Shown: positions 40,302 to 48,171 of the stretch, in pieces
Layout of the letters: the number at the start of each line of letters is the position of its first letter
Position numbering within the stretch: the stretch's first letter is position 1
Assembly (NCBI GenBank): GCA_963701185.1
Contig: OY969569.1
Location: forward strand, 34,865-98,864
Direction: 5' to 3'
Length of the DNA: 64,000 nt
Origin: Candidatus Gottesmanbacteria bacterium
GTDB taxonomy: Bacteria; Patescibacteriota; Microgenomatia; UBA10105; UBA927
Notes under the pieces: model-generated
The model's database searches: none
What the model saw: the letters and a program-made list of their open reading frames with translations, nothing else
Told to the model about the DNA's origin: nothing
Made by a program: the position numbers and the translations under genes

Positions 40302-40884
40302 CTTTGACAGTGAGGTTGGTGCCGTTGATTGCAAATGCAAATTGTACCGGCTTGTCAAAGGTGTTGGTGATATAGAGATTTTGCTGCGCGTTTGCGTCAT
40401 GGGTAGCGGGGTTATAAAAAATAGACACTCCGTATTCTTTCGGCACTTCCGGAATATTGGCAAAGTCATGATTGGTCGGTGCGAGTGTCCCAAGACCTGC
40501 GTCTTTGGCTGCCCAATAGATGAGGGATGCCAGATGGCATACGCCGTCGCCCGTCAAGTATCCGTCGGATTTGAACCCATCCGTATAGTTAAAGTGGGCA
40601 CGCATGGTCGCCGCAACTTTCCCTTCAAACTGCGGCAGTACGTCCTCGTGGAAGGCAAACACCTCTCCGGGGTTTAACGTAAAGCTATAGGATTTTTGGT
40701 TCATGAGGTCCAGCGTATGCAGGATGTTATACCGGAATATATCATTGACCCACGGGTCGGGATAGCGGTCGCGCAGAGAGAATGTACGCTCACTACGCAC
40801 GCTTTGGGTAGCCAGCAAATAGTCGCCGGCAACTGTTTTGGTGGTCGTGATAGCATAGATCGCGAGAGCCAATAGTGTGTTCAT
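40291..40884 (-). CDS. VanW-like domain protein
   Basis: Signal or TM, then GYLTGDGVCHLASLIYWAAKDAGL resembling the VanW GGGVCQ core. Confidence 0.5.
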   Translation of the reverse strand: MNTLLALAIYAITTTKTVAGDYLLATQSVRSERTFSLRDRYPDPWVNDIFRYNILHTLDLMNQKSYSFTLNPGEVFAFHEDVLPQFEGKVAATMRAHFNYTDGFKSDGYLTGDGVCHLASLIYWAAKDAGLGTLAPTNHDFANIPEVPKEYGVSIFYNPATHDANAQQNLYITNTFDKPVQFAFAINGTNLTVKVID

Positions 40885-40919
40885 AGAAGCATCTAGTATA
40901 GCACACTATAAGCTACTTT

Positions 40920-41123
40920 TCAACTCCGGAGGTGCTTAAAATATTCAACCTGCCGCAGGCGGATGAGGGCTTCGGCACGGGTTTTGTATGGGCCGCCGAG
41001 AGAGTGGCGGGTTGTCTCCGATAGGACGTAGTACCCTGCTTTACGTTTGACGATCATACGTATGCTTTTTGACAGTGGCCAGAAGTTTTCTCTTGGTTTT
41101 ATTGGCGCGGTCAAGGATGGCAA
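40920..41123 (-). CDS. Hypothetical small basic protein (start may be the internal Met at 41057)
   Basis: KRKAGYYVLSETTRHSLGGPYKTRAEALIRLRQVEYFK; no confident family assignment. Confidence 0.3.
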   Translation of the reverse strand: MPSLTAPIKPRENFWPLSKSIRMIVKRKAGYYVLSETTRHSLGGPYKTRAEALIRLRQVEYFKHLRS

Positions 41124-41364
41124 GTTCGATATTGACCGCTGAATTATCCTTGAGGTACTGCATGAGTTTCATGTCATGGGGTGCCGCATGGAATTTCTTT
41201 AAAAAATCTTCGTGCTTTTCGCGGGGTAAGTACGTTAATATCACGTCCAATATTTCGTTCTGCAGGGTTTGATCCACAAGGTCAAGTAATTTTGGGTCAC
41301 TGCCGGCAACCGCAATAATTTCTTCAATGATGATCAGATGGTCGTAAAAAAGTTTTCCTTTCAT
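41041..41364 (-). CDS. Hypothetical protein
   Basis: 107-aa ORF in tandem with neighbours; no recognised domain. Confidence 0.3.
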   Translation of the reverse strand: MKGKLFYDHLIIIEEIIAVAGSDPKLLDLVDQTLQNEILDVILTYLPREKHEDFLKKFHAAPHDMKLMQYLKDNSAVNIELAILDRANKTKRKLLATVKKHTYDRQT

Positions 41365-42239
41365 GGCGTTCCTACCTTTACATTATATTCCACCGGACCC
41401 AGCGGTATCTCGTTATTCGGATCATTGACAAAAAACAGCAGAACCGGCCCTTTCTGCATATGGACATTGAGGCCTAAATACGCCATGACTTCAGGGCTTC
41501 CACCGAAGTGTTTTCCGGTAAAGTCCGCTGGCCCCGAATCGGCCACATCCGCGACAACCGTTTTGCCGTTTACGGGATTAATCACTAATACTTTCCGGTA
41601 TTTATACCAGTCCCGCAGGTAATTCAGGCGCGTTTGCCAGTCCGGCAGGTACAGCGTTTGGACCGCAACATACCATTTTTCTTTCTCGATAATATCCTGG
41701 GTGAGCTCATCCGCTGAATTGGCAAAATATCCCCACGCGCCTTTTCCGGGGGCCATATTTTCAACGACGTCGCCCGGATACCGCATAAGATGCTGTTCCG
41801 CTCCGATGAGGCCGTAACTGCGGTTCAGGCGTTCGCCCGCGAGTGTTGCAGACGCATCAATACCCCAGATGGTTTTTATTTCATTTGCAACAGCCTCTTC
41901 CTGGGCCGCAGTGAGAGATATGACGTCTTTGGGCAGAAGTGCTGCAAGTTGGTTTTTTAATTCGCTGCGCAGTTGATCGGCGGTGAGTGCCGCGATTTGG
42001 TGGAAAGGGGTGGACAACACCTGCTGGGTAAGCGGCTGGGCAAATAACATCGCCCCGGTCAACCCTACGGACGCGGCGACCTTGGCCGCATGCTGGCGTA
42101 TTTGGCCCGGCGTCATCCCGTGCTTTTGGAAAAACGTGACGGCATGAGGGTGCCGCAGGCGCAGTTTCTTTTCGCTGATTTCAGCCTGTTTCTGTAGTCC
42201 GAGGTAGAGCTTGCTGGTGTTGAGGGTTCCTTTGTACAT
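41361..42239 (-). CDS. RlpA-like double-psi beta-barrel (DPBB) domain protein, membrane-anchored
   Basis: C-terminal KVLVINPVNGKTVVADVADSGPADFTGKHFGGSPEVMAYLGL fits the RlpA/3D-type DPBB; N-terminal TM. Confidence 0.5.
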   Translation of the reverse strand: MYKGTLNTSKLYLGLQKQAEISEKKLRLRHPHAVTFFQKHGMTPGQIRQHAAKVAASVGLTGAMLFAQPLTQQVLSTPFHQIAALTADQLRSELKNQLAALLPKDVISLTAAQEEAVANEIKTIWGIDASATLAGERLNRSYGLIGAEQHLMRYPGDVVENMAPGKGAWGYFANSADELTQDIIEKEKWYVAVQTLYLPDWQTRLNYLRDWYKYRKVLVINPVNGKTVVADVADSGPADFTGKHFGGSPEVMAYLGLNVHMQKGPVLLFFVNDPNNEIPLGPVEYNVKVGTP

Positions 42240-42279
42240 CTTGTATCAGTATAGTATAGTACGTGAGAAGGGGGAATCT

Positions 42280-42738
42280 ATGAACGGAAAAACAACACTT
42301 CTTGTTATTATTCTCATCCTTTTGGGAATCGGCGGCGGGTATTATCTGGGAGCAAATTATAAATTGACGCTGCAGCCGCAAAACGCCGCAACGACAACGG
42401 CTCCCACACCTACAGATACACCGGTAGTCGCGGCAGATGAAACAGCCGTTCTTATTGCTGCTGTCAAAACAGGGTTGGTTGCCGAGCATGGTCAAACTGC
42501 GGCAAATATGACGGTAACCGTGTCTAAAATTGCCGGTAACTTCGCCCAGGGAGGCGCCATAGATCCGGGATCCGTCGGCGGAGGAATGTGGTTTGCCGCA
42601 AAAGTCGGGAGCGTCTGGAAGCTTGCCTGGGACGGCAACGGGACAATTTCGTGTACGAGTATTAATCCCTATAATTTCCCGGTCTCGATGATCCCTGAAT
42701 GTTGGAACGACGCGACGCAGAAAATAGTGACGCGGTAA
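42280..42738 (+). CDS. Hypothetical membrane-anchored protein with a PT linker
   Basis: GGGGGAATCT RBS; TM, then TTTAPTPTDTPVV. Confidence 0.4.
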   Translation: MNGKTTLLVIILILLGIGGGYYLGANYKLTLQPQNAATTTAPTPTDTPVVAADETAVLIAAVKTGLVAEHGQTAANMTVTVSKIAGNFAQGGAIDPGSVGGGMWFAAKVGSVWKLAWDGNGTISCTSINPYNFPVSMIPECWNDATQKIVTR

Positions 42739-42747
42739 AAATATTGT

Positions 42748-43080
42748 ATGGAACCCACATGTCCGCAGTGTCATGCAGTAGTCCGGTCCACGGATTTTTT
42801 CTGCTACAACTGCGGAAAGAGCCTGAAAGCCAAACCGTTATCCACAAGTCTTACGACGGAAATCATGTATTACGCCGGCAGTCTGCTGTTACCGCCGCTG
42901 GGATTCTGGTGGGGCTGGAAGTATCTCAAACAACCGGACGCAGCAAGCAAGCGTATCGGAATCATTTCGATCGTACTCACGGCAATATCGTTTATCGTTA
43001 CTTCAATCTGGATAGTGCAGTACATCAATGCACTTAATGCCGCCCTCGGCGGCCAACTCAACGGCATGCAGGGATTTTAG
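42748..43080 (+). CDS. Zinc-ribbon-containing membrane protein, hypothetical
   Basis: N-terminal CPQC...CYNC zinc ribbon followed by two TM helices. Confidence 0.45.
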   Translation: MEPTCPQCHAVVRSTDFFCYNCGKSLKAKPLSTSLTTEIMYYAGSLLLPPLGFWWGWKYLKQPDAASKRIGIISIVLTAISFIVTSIWIVQYINALNAALGGQLNGMQGF

Positions 43081-43329
43081 ATCGGGAGGGTTTCCTGACC
43101 GGAAGAAAGAATAACTTTTTTTGCCTCTTTTTTCGTTTTCCGCTCGGCCCGCACCATTTTTTCAATCGAAAATTCCAGAAGATCGGTTTTGAGGATGACA
43201 AATACGCCCGTCCCGCCTGCCGGGATTTTTTTTGGCTTTGAGTTTTTTGGCTAATATCCAACGGCGGATGGTTCCGGGGTGCTTTTTGAGAAACTGGGCA
43301 GCTTCCGAAACAGTCAGTATTTCATTCAC
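43077..43329 (-). pseudogene. HTH_17 (excisionase/AlpA-like) DNA-binding protein, frameshifted in an A8/T8 run
   Basis: Minus-strand frames give MNEILTVSEAAQFLKKHPGTIRRWILAKKLKAKK and, in another frame, GGTGVFVILKTDLLEFSIEKMV...; removing one base from the T8 run at 43226-43233 joins them into an 84-aa HTH protein. GTG start. Confidence 0.6.
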
Positions 43330-43357
43330 TGCCCGGCTAGTATACCATAGGAGTGCA

Positions 43358-45013
43358 ATGAAAAAAGTTTTTATTTTCCTCCTTTCCCTTTTTGTTTTCG
43401 TGTTCCCGCGCGCTGCGTACGCCTCTGGCGTAGAGCATATTCAAAGTTACGACACGAATGTTGTCATCCAAAAAGACGGGATAATACAGGTTAAAGAGCG
43501 CATCGAATATTTTTTTGATTCCCCGCGGCACGGCATATTCAGAAATATCCCCCTCATAAAAACAAATGACAGCGGCAAAAAATATGAAATGATTCTTTCT
43601 GATATATCGGTGACCGACGACAAAGGGGCGGGCTATTCGTTTACCCAAGTCAGGGAAGGGGATACGGAAGTACTTAAGATAGGCGATGCGGACAAAACCA
43701 TTTCAGGAACGCATTGGTACGTGATTTCATATACGGTTTCCGGCGCGCTCACGTATTTTCCCGGTCATGATGAGCTGTATTGGAATGCGGTCGGTAATCA
43801 GTGGCAGGTGCCAATTGGGAACGCAACAACCACGGTGACACTCCCGCAGGCGGTTGCCCGTGCTGATCTGAATGCCAAATGCGATGTGTGCAGTATGTTT
43901 TTTACGGATACGTCGGTTACGTTTACCGCAACGAGACCGCTTCAGCCGTATGAAGGCATGACCATTGCTGTCGGGTTTCCCAAAGGCATGGTCGCGGTTT
44001 TGGAGCCCAAAGAAGTTGTCCCGTTTTTTTCTACGATAGCAGGAAAAATGACGCTTGTTCTGTTGGCTCTTGCAGCCCTTTTCTGGTATCTGGTTGCTCC
44101 CTTTTTGGTTATCCGAAAATGGTGGAAGTATGGCCGCGATCCGAAACCCGCAATGGGCGAGGTTTCGGCGTGGTTTTCGCCCCCGAAAACGAAAAAATTG
44201 CGCGACCTCACACCCGCGGAAACGGGGACGCTCGTTGACGAAATCGCAAACCTGCGGGATATCTATTCGACCATCGTTGATCTTGCCCGCCGCGGCTTTA
44301 TGAAAATAATTGAAAATAAAAAAGGAGACTATTCGTTTGAGAAGCAAAAGGATTGGGATAAAGATAAAACGCTTCAGCCGTTTGAGCTTGTGTTGTTACG
44401 TGCGATTTTTGAGGGAAAGGACCGCGTCAAGCTCAAAGACCTGGATCTGCACGAAATGTTTGAAACCGTCAAAAAGAAAATCTATGAGTCAATGGTTACC
44501 GGCGGATTTTTCCCGGAGGATCCGCAGAAAATCCGTACGAAATATTACATCCTGGCAGGGTTCGCGTTTATCACCGGAAACATGATCCTGTGCATCGTCG
44601 CGGCGGTTTTCGGCACGCTCATGCCCAGAAAAACGCTGTTTGGTGCCGAACAGGCGGCCGTGGGTAGATCACTCAAGAATTTTTTGGTAAGCCAGGACAA
44701 ACAGCTCGCGTTCCAGGCGAAAAACCAGATGATGTTTGAAAAACTCCTGCCGTATGCCATTGCATTCGGCGTTGAGAAAATCTGGGCCGCGCGGTTTGCC
44801 GATTTAGGTCTTAAACAGCCCACGTGGTACGTATCTGGGTCCGGCACCGCGTTTAATACCGTTATTTTTGCCAACAATCTCGGTCGTGCGGCTGCAGTCT
44901 CGTTTGCCTCGTCTATCACCTCGAAATCCTCGTCCGGCTTTTCCTCCGGTTTCTCCGGCGGGGGCGGTTTCTCCGGCGGCGGAGGAGGGGGAGGCGGCGG
45001 CGGAAGCTGGTAA
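43358..45013 (+). CDS. DUF2207 family membrane protein
   Basis: Signal peptide, conserved DUF2207 N-domain, two TM, Gly-rich C-terminus (SSGFSGGGGFSGGGGGGGGGGSW); AGGAG RBS. Confidence 0.6.
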   Translation: MKKVFIFLLSLFVFVFPRAAYASGVEHIQSYDTNVVIQKDGIIQVKERIEYFFDSPRHGIFRNIPLIKTNDSGKKYEMILSDISVTDDKGAGYSFTQVREGDTEVLKIGDADKTISGTHWYVISYTVSGALTYFPGHDELYWNAVGNQWQVPIGNATTTVTLPQAVARADLNAKCDVCSMFFTDTSVTFTATRPLQPYEGMTIAVGFPKGMVAVLEPKEVVPFFSTIAGKMTLVLLALAALFWYLVAPFLVIRKWWKYGRDPKPAMGEVSAWFSPPKTKKLRDLTPAETGTLVDEIANLRDIYSTIVDLARRGFMKIIENKKGDYSFEKQKDWDKDKTLQPFELVLLRAIFEGKDRVKLKDLDLHEMFETVKKKIYESMVTGGFFPEDPQKIRTKYYILAGFAFITGNMILCIVAAVFGTLMPRKTLFGAEQAAVGRSLKNFLVSQDKQLAFQAKNQMMFEKLLPYAIAFGVEKIWAARFADLGLKQPTWYVSGSGTAFNTVIFANNLGRAAAVSFASSITSKSSSGFSSGFSGGGGFSGGGGGGGGGGSW

Positions 45014-45020
45014 ATCTGGA

Positions 45021-45072
45021 TTTTGCAACATCTTGCAACATTTTGCAACATCTTGCAACATTGTGCAATATG
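45021..45072 (+). repeat. Tandem 10-bp repeats (TTGCAACATY x4 plus a degenerate fifth) upstream of fic
   Basis: ttTTGCAACATCTTGCAACATTTTGCAACATCTTGCAACATTGTGCAATATG; the last TTGCAA lies 17 nt before TAGATT, which ends 7 nt before the fic ATG. Confidence 0.8.
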
Positions 45073-45087
45073 CGGTAGATTGAAGAC

Positions 45088-46083
45088 ATGAAGTTTCCTC
45101 CGGTATACACGTACACTCCCGAAATAAAGCAATTACTCTATGATCTGGACGTTTTGAGAGCAGGTTATGAACTTCATCCTGTACCGGCTCTCTCGGTCGT
45201 CAATCTCCGACGCGCCTCGCTTCTTAAGAGCTCGCTTTATAGCGCGCGCATAGAAGGAAACCCTCTGGATGTTGGAGATGTAGATGATGTCCGTCCGAGT
45301 GATACTGATATTCATAAAATTGAAGTTGGGAATTTGGTTTCTGCATATGAGCAATTATCAGATATCATCGGGCAGAATGTGACACTTGATACACTCAAAA
45401 AGCTGCATGCCGTTGTGCTTCGGAATATTTCGGCAGACGCCGGTTATTTGCGTACGGAAGAATCTGCAATATATAACCAGGCAGGTACTGTTGTTTATCT
45501 CACACCTGCACCGCAAAACATTCGGACACTTTTAGACGCGCTGTGTGTTTATGTGAATGCTGCAAAAGATGCTGTTCCTGTCGCTTCGGGATTGACGCAT
45601 ATCTGGTTTGAGAAGATCCATCCGTTTTTGGACGGCAACGGCAGAGTCGGAAGATTACTGTCTGCCTATATCCTCAAAAAAGGCGGATACGACTTTAGCG
45701 GACTGGTCCCGTTTGAACAGTATCTGGATGAGCACCGCGATGACTATTATCATTTTTTGGGGCAGGATAGACAGGATGTGACTAGTTTTATAGAATTTTA
45801 TCTTACTGCACTTCTTTCGCAGGCAAAAATATCGCTTAAAATCGCATACGAGTTCGACGAGTCCGGTAAACCTGACACATATGCACAGTTAATGCCCCGC
45901 AGGGCAGAAATTATGAGACTCATCGAAGATCACAAGATTGTGACGTTTGATTTTCTTGCCCGAAGATTCCGGGCAGTAGCAGTCCGCACGCTTCACAATG
46001 ATCTCTCTCAACTTACCAAAGCCGGGTTGGTACAAAAAATGGGTTCCACACGGGGAGTGTGCTACACGGTAAAAGAAAAATGA
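45088..46083 (+). CDS. fic: Fic family protein (class II, with N-terminal inhibitory motif)
   Basis: Fic motif HPFLDGNGRVGR; [ST]xxxE[GN] inhibitory motif SARIEGN upstream; C-terminal wHTH-like tail. Confidence 0.85.
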   Translation: MKFPPVYTYTPEIKQLLYDLDVLRAGYELHPVPALSVVNLRRASLLKSSLYSARIEGNPLDVGDVDDVRPSDTDIHKIEVGNLVSAYEQLSDIIGQNVTLDTLKKLHAVVLRNISADAGYLRTEESAIYNQAGTVVYLTPAPQNIRTLLDALCVYVNAAKDAVPVASGLTHIWFEKIHPFLDGNGRVGRLLSAYILKKGGYDFSGLVPFEQYLDEHRDDYYHFLGQDRQDVTSFIEFYLTALLSQAKISLKIAYEFDESGKPDTYAQLMPRRAEIMRLIEDHKIVTFDFLARRFRAVAVRTLHNDLSQLTKAGLVQKMGSTRGVCYTVKEK

Positions 46084-46296
46084 GAAAATTCCCGTCTATA
46101 CTATTTATATATGGCCTACGAAGAGGGCAAAATAAGCATTGCGTTGTTTTGGATAGAGAAGTACCGGAGGTACAGGATCCGGTTCCTACGCTACAAGGGA
46201 GGTTTTATTTACAGCAAGTATTATTACCTGCCCTGGTGGATGGGAATTTTCTATAACCCCAAACCATCCCAAAAAGACTGAAATTCCGGCCGGGAT

Positions 46297-46968
46297 TTAT
46301 TTGCACGTCTCCGATTTTGTAAATCCCGCGGCCCGCGCCTCCGCTTCCGTACAAAACCACTCGTCGCCCTGAAATTTGAGAATTAAAACTCTGCCATAGC
46401 CCCAGCATTGAGGCAGGAAATAAATCTTTTCTCTTTGATTTGTATCATTATTGCCCTTAATTGTGCATGAAGGATTGGGAGGATCAGCTTGGGAACATTC
46501 AGAGCTGTAAATCCCGACATGGTTTTCCCGTGCGTACGTATTGGCCGCATCCATCCGTGTTTTTTGGCTTCCTCCTTCATTTCCGTATTCCCCAAATCCC
46601 GCGCGTACCATAACTTCATTAATGAGCACTCCGTTTTCATATACCAGGCTCATCACGCGGCGCCCGTACCGGTCAACCTCCGGCTCCCGCAGTTGTACCC
46701 GCTTGCCGAGGATAAGGGTGGATAGCGCCTGTTTTGCCTCTTTTCCATAGCAGTACGTGATGTCCGGCGCGTTGATGCCGTAAAGCCGGATCGGCTGGTG
46801 GTTTTCGATGATGAACGTATCCCCGTCAACAACCTCGATAACCTTTTCCCCTTTAAAGTACGGCAGGTTTCCTGCCGCCAGCGCCCCTCCGCCTATAGTT
46901 GCCGCCCCCAATGCCGCCACCAGCAACTTTTTCCATCTTGGAATTGTCCGTTTCTTTTTCCTCCTCAT
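46297..46968 (-). CDS. Thermonuclease (SNase-like) family protein
   Basis: Signal or TM, then VVDGDTF..RLYGINAP staphylococcal-nuclease motifs; Cys-rich C-terminal tail. Confidence 0.7.
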   Translation of the reverse strand: MRRKKKRTIPRWKKLLVAALGAATIGGGALAAGNLPYFKGEKVIEVVDGDTFIIENHQPIRLYGINAPDITYCYGKEAKQALSTLILGKRVQLREPEVDRYGRRVMSLVYENGVLINEVMVRAGFGEYGNEGGSQKTRMDAANTYARENHVGIYSSECSQADPPNPSCTIKGNNDTNQREKIYFLPQCWGYGRVLILKFQGDEWFCTEAEARAAGFTKSETCK

Positions 46969-47128
46969 ATCTCAAGTATATATATCCATCTTACGCCGAT
47001 TTGCAACTTTTTTCGATAGAATTTGTTGTCAAAACGGCTTAGATGGGTAGATACCCGGAACAATTCCGATTGTGAAGGGTATATCCTCAGGTTTGAAAAG
47101 TGTTTTTCGCAATTGAGGGATTCTAAGC

Positions 47129-48091
47129 CTAAGAGGTTTTAGAGCTATACAATTTAAAAAACGCTTCATTCATTTCCTCTTCTTTCCAACCCACTTGTCG
47201 TAATTTAACTTTTAAATCTGCCCATTTTTCTCCTACCGAAATATGGGCGGATATATATTTCATTAATTCTGGATTTGGTTGATAGTGAGATTGTTCCTGT
47301 TGAATAGGGTTGATACTTTGAGGAGAAGTTTGTATTACAGAGTCTTTTGATAATGGGATTTGTTTTCTGAGCCATGACGAAGCCACATCGACCCAATTAG
47401 GATTATTTTGACTATTAGAATTTAATGATCGGCCCAAATTTTCTTGTTCGACTTCCAGTAGTTTAATTAAATAATTTCTTCCGCATAATTGAACATTTGT
47501 ATCGTAGGCGACCTTCCGTGCAAAGCTCGTAAAATTACTATTAGTAAAAATTAGCGCATGGTCACAATGATGTACCGTTTTTCCTGTAAAGACTTCTTGT
47601 ACGGCACGCTCGTTAACATTGCCTTGCCAGCATTTTGCTTGGATCGCTGTACGTCTTCCATCTTTTATTATGATTAGATCTACACCTAGATCACCAGATT
47701 TACCAGTATGTTCAACTTGATAGCCTAAATTTTTATATAAAACCACTAACCGATTCTCAAACTCCGGTCCACTCATCTTATCGATATCAAATATTCCTGT
47801 TTTCGATAACTTATCACGCTGGTACTCTCTATAAATTAGGCGTAATACATATATTACGACGATGAGGATAATCAGAGGTAGGAGAGATGTAATGAGAGAT
47901 ACGACGCTAGCCGATCCACCAAATGCTGCAAGCAGAACAAAACCTACAAGAAGCATGGCAAGACCATTCTCGAGTGAATACTTTGAATTACGCTTATATC
48001 TACCTTGTCTAAACCAATTTTTACCGGAACCAAAGCCAAAATTGCCTAAACTATAGCCTCCAAATCCATAATTATTCCGTCTATAACTCAT
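47129..48091 (-). CDS. Membrane-anchored restriction endonuclease, Mrr_cat-like PD-(D/E)xK
   Basis: Gly-rich N-terminus, two TM, then GPEFENRLVVLYKNLGY..GDLGVDLII..AIQAKCW typical of the Mrr catalytic domain; AT-rich. Confidence 0.65.
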   Translation of the reverse strand: MSYRRNNYGFGGYSLGNFGFGSGKNWFRQGRYKRNSKYSLENGLAMLLVGFVLLAAFGGSASVVSLITSLLPLIILIVVIYVLRLIYREYQRDKLSKTGIFDIDKMSGPEFENRLVVLYKNLGYQVEHTGKSGDLGVDLIIIKDGRRTAIQAKCWQGNVNERAVQEVFTGKTVHHCDHALIFTNSNFTSFARKVAYDTNVQLCGRNYLIKLLEVEQENLGRSLNSNSQNNPNWVDVASSWLRKQIPLSKDSVIQTSPQSINPIQQEQSHYQPNPELMKYISAHISVGEKWADLKVKLRQVGWKEEEMNEAFFKLYSSKTS

Positions 48092-48132
48092 ATCTTAGGT
48101 ATAACACTTCAAGCGAATATATCAAAACATCG

Positions 48133-48159
48133 ACTCGCGAGTGTGAGGGGAGTATAATT
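48133..48159 (+). promoter_or_regulatory. Perfect 10-bp palindrome (ACTCGCGAGT) next to a TATAAT -10, putative operator/promoter of the RM gene
   Basis: Palindrome at 48133-48142; TATAAT at 48154-48159; ATG at 48172, so a very short leader. Confidence 0.45.
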
Positions 48160-48171
48160 TGAGTTGCTTCT

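Noticed and set aside
44900-45013. Gly-codon-rich DNA (ggcggcgga...) at the end of the DUF2207 gene as a tandem DNA repeat
   Set aside because: It encodes the characteristic poly-Gly C-terminus of DUF2207 proteins. This is coding low complexity, not a non-coding repeat element.
46059-46256. 65-aa ORF after fic
   Set aside because: Starts inside the fic 3' end and has no RBS or domain. Likely spurious.
46281-46298. CCGGCCGG palindrome as a terminator for the thermonuclease gene
   Set aside because: It is a perfect palindrome with no loop, it overlaps the stop codon, and the downstream T tract is weak.
47136-47150. GTTTTAGAGCTA, identical to the first 12 nt of the Streptococcus-type Cas9 CRISPR repeat
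   Set aside because: Single copy, no spacer-repeat periodicity, no cas genes nearby. Judged a chance match in the intergenic region before the Mrr-like gene.
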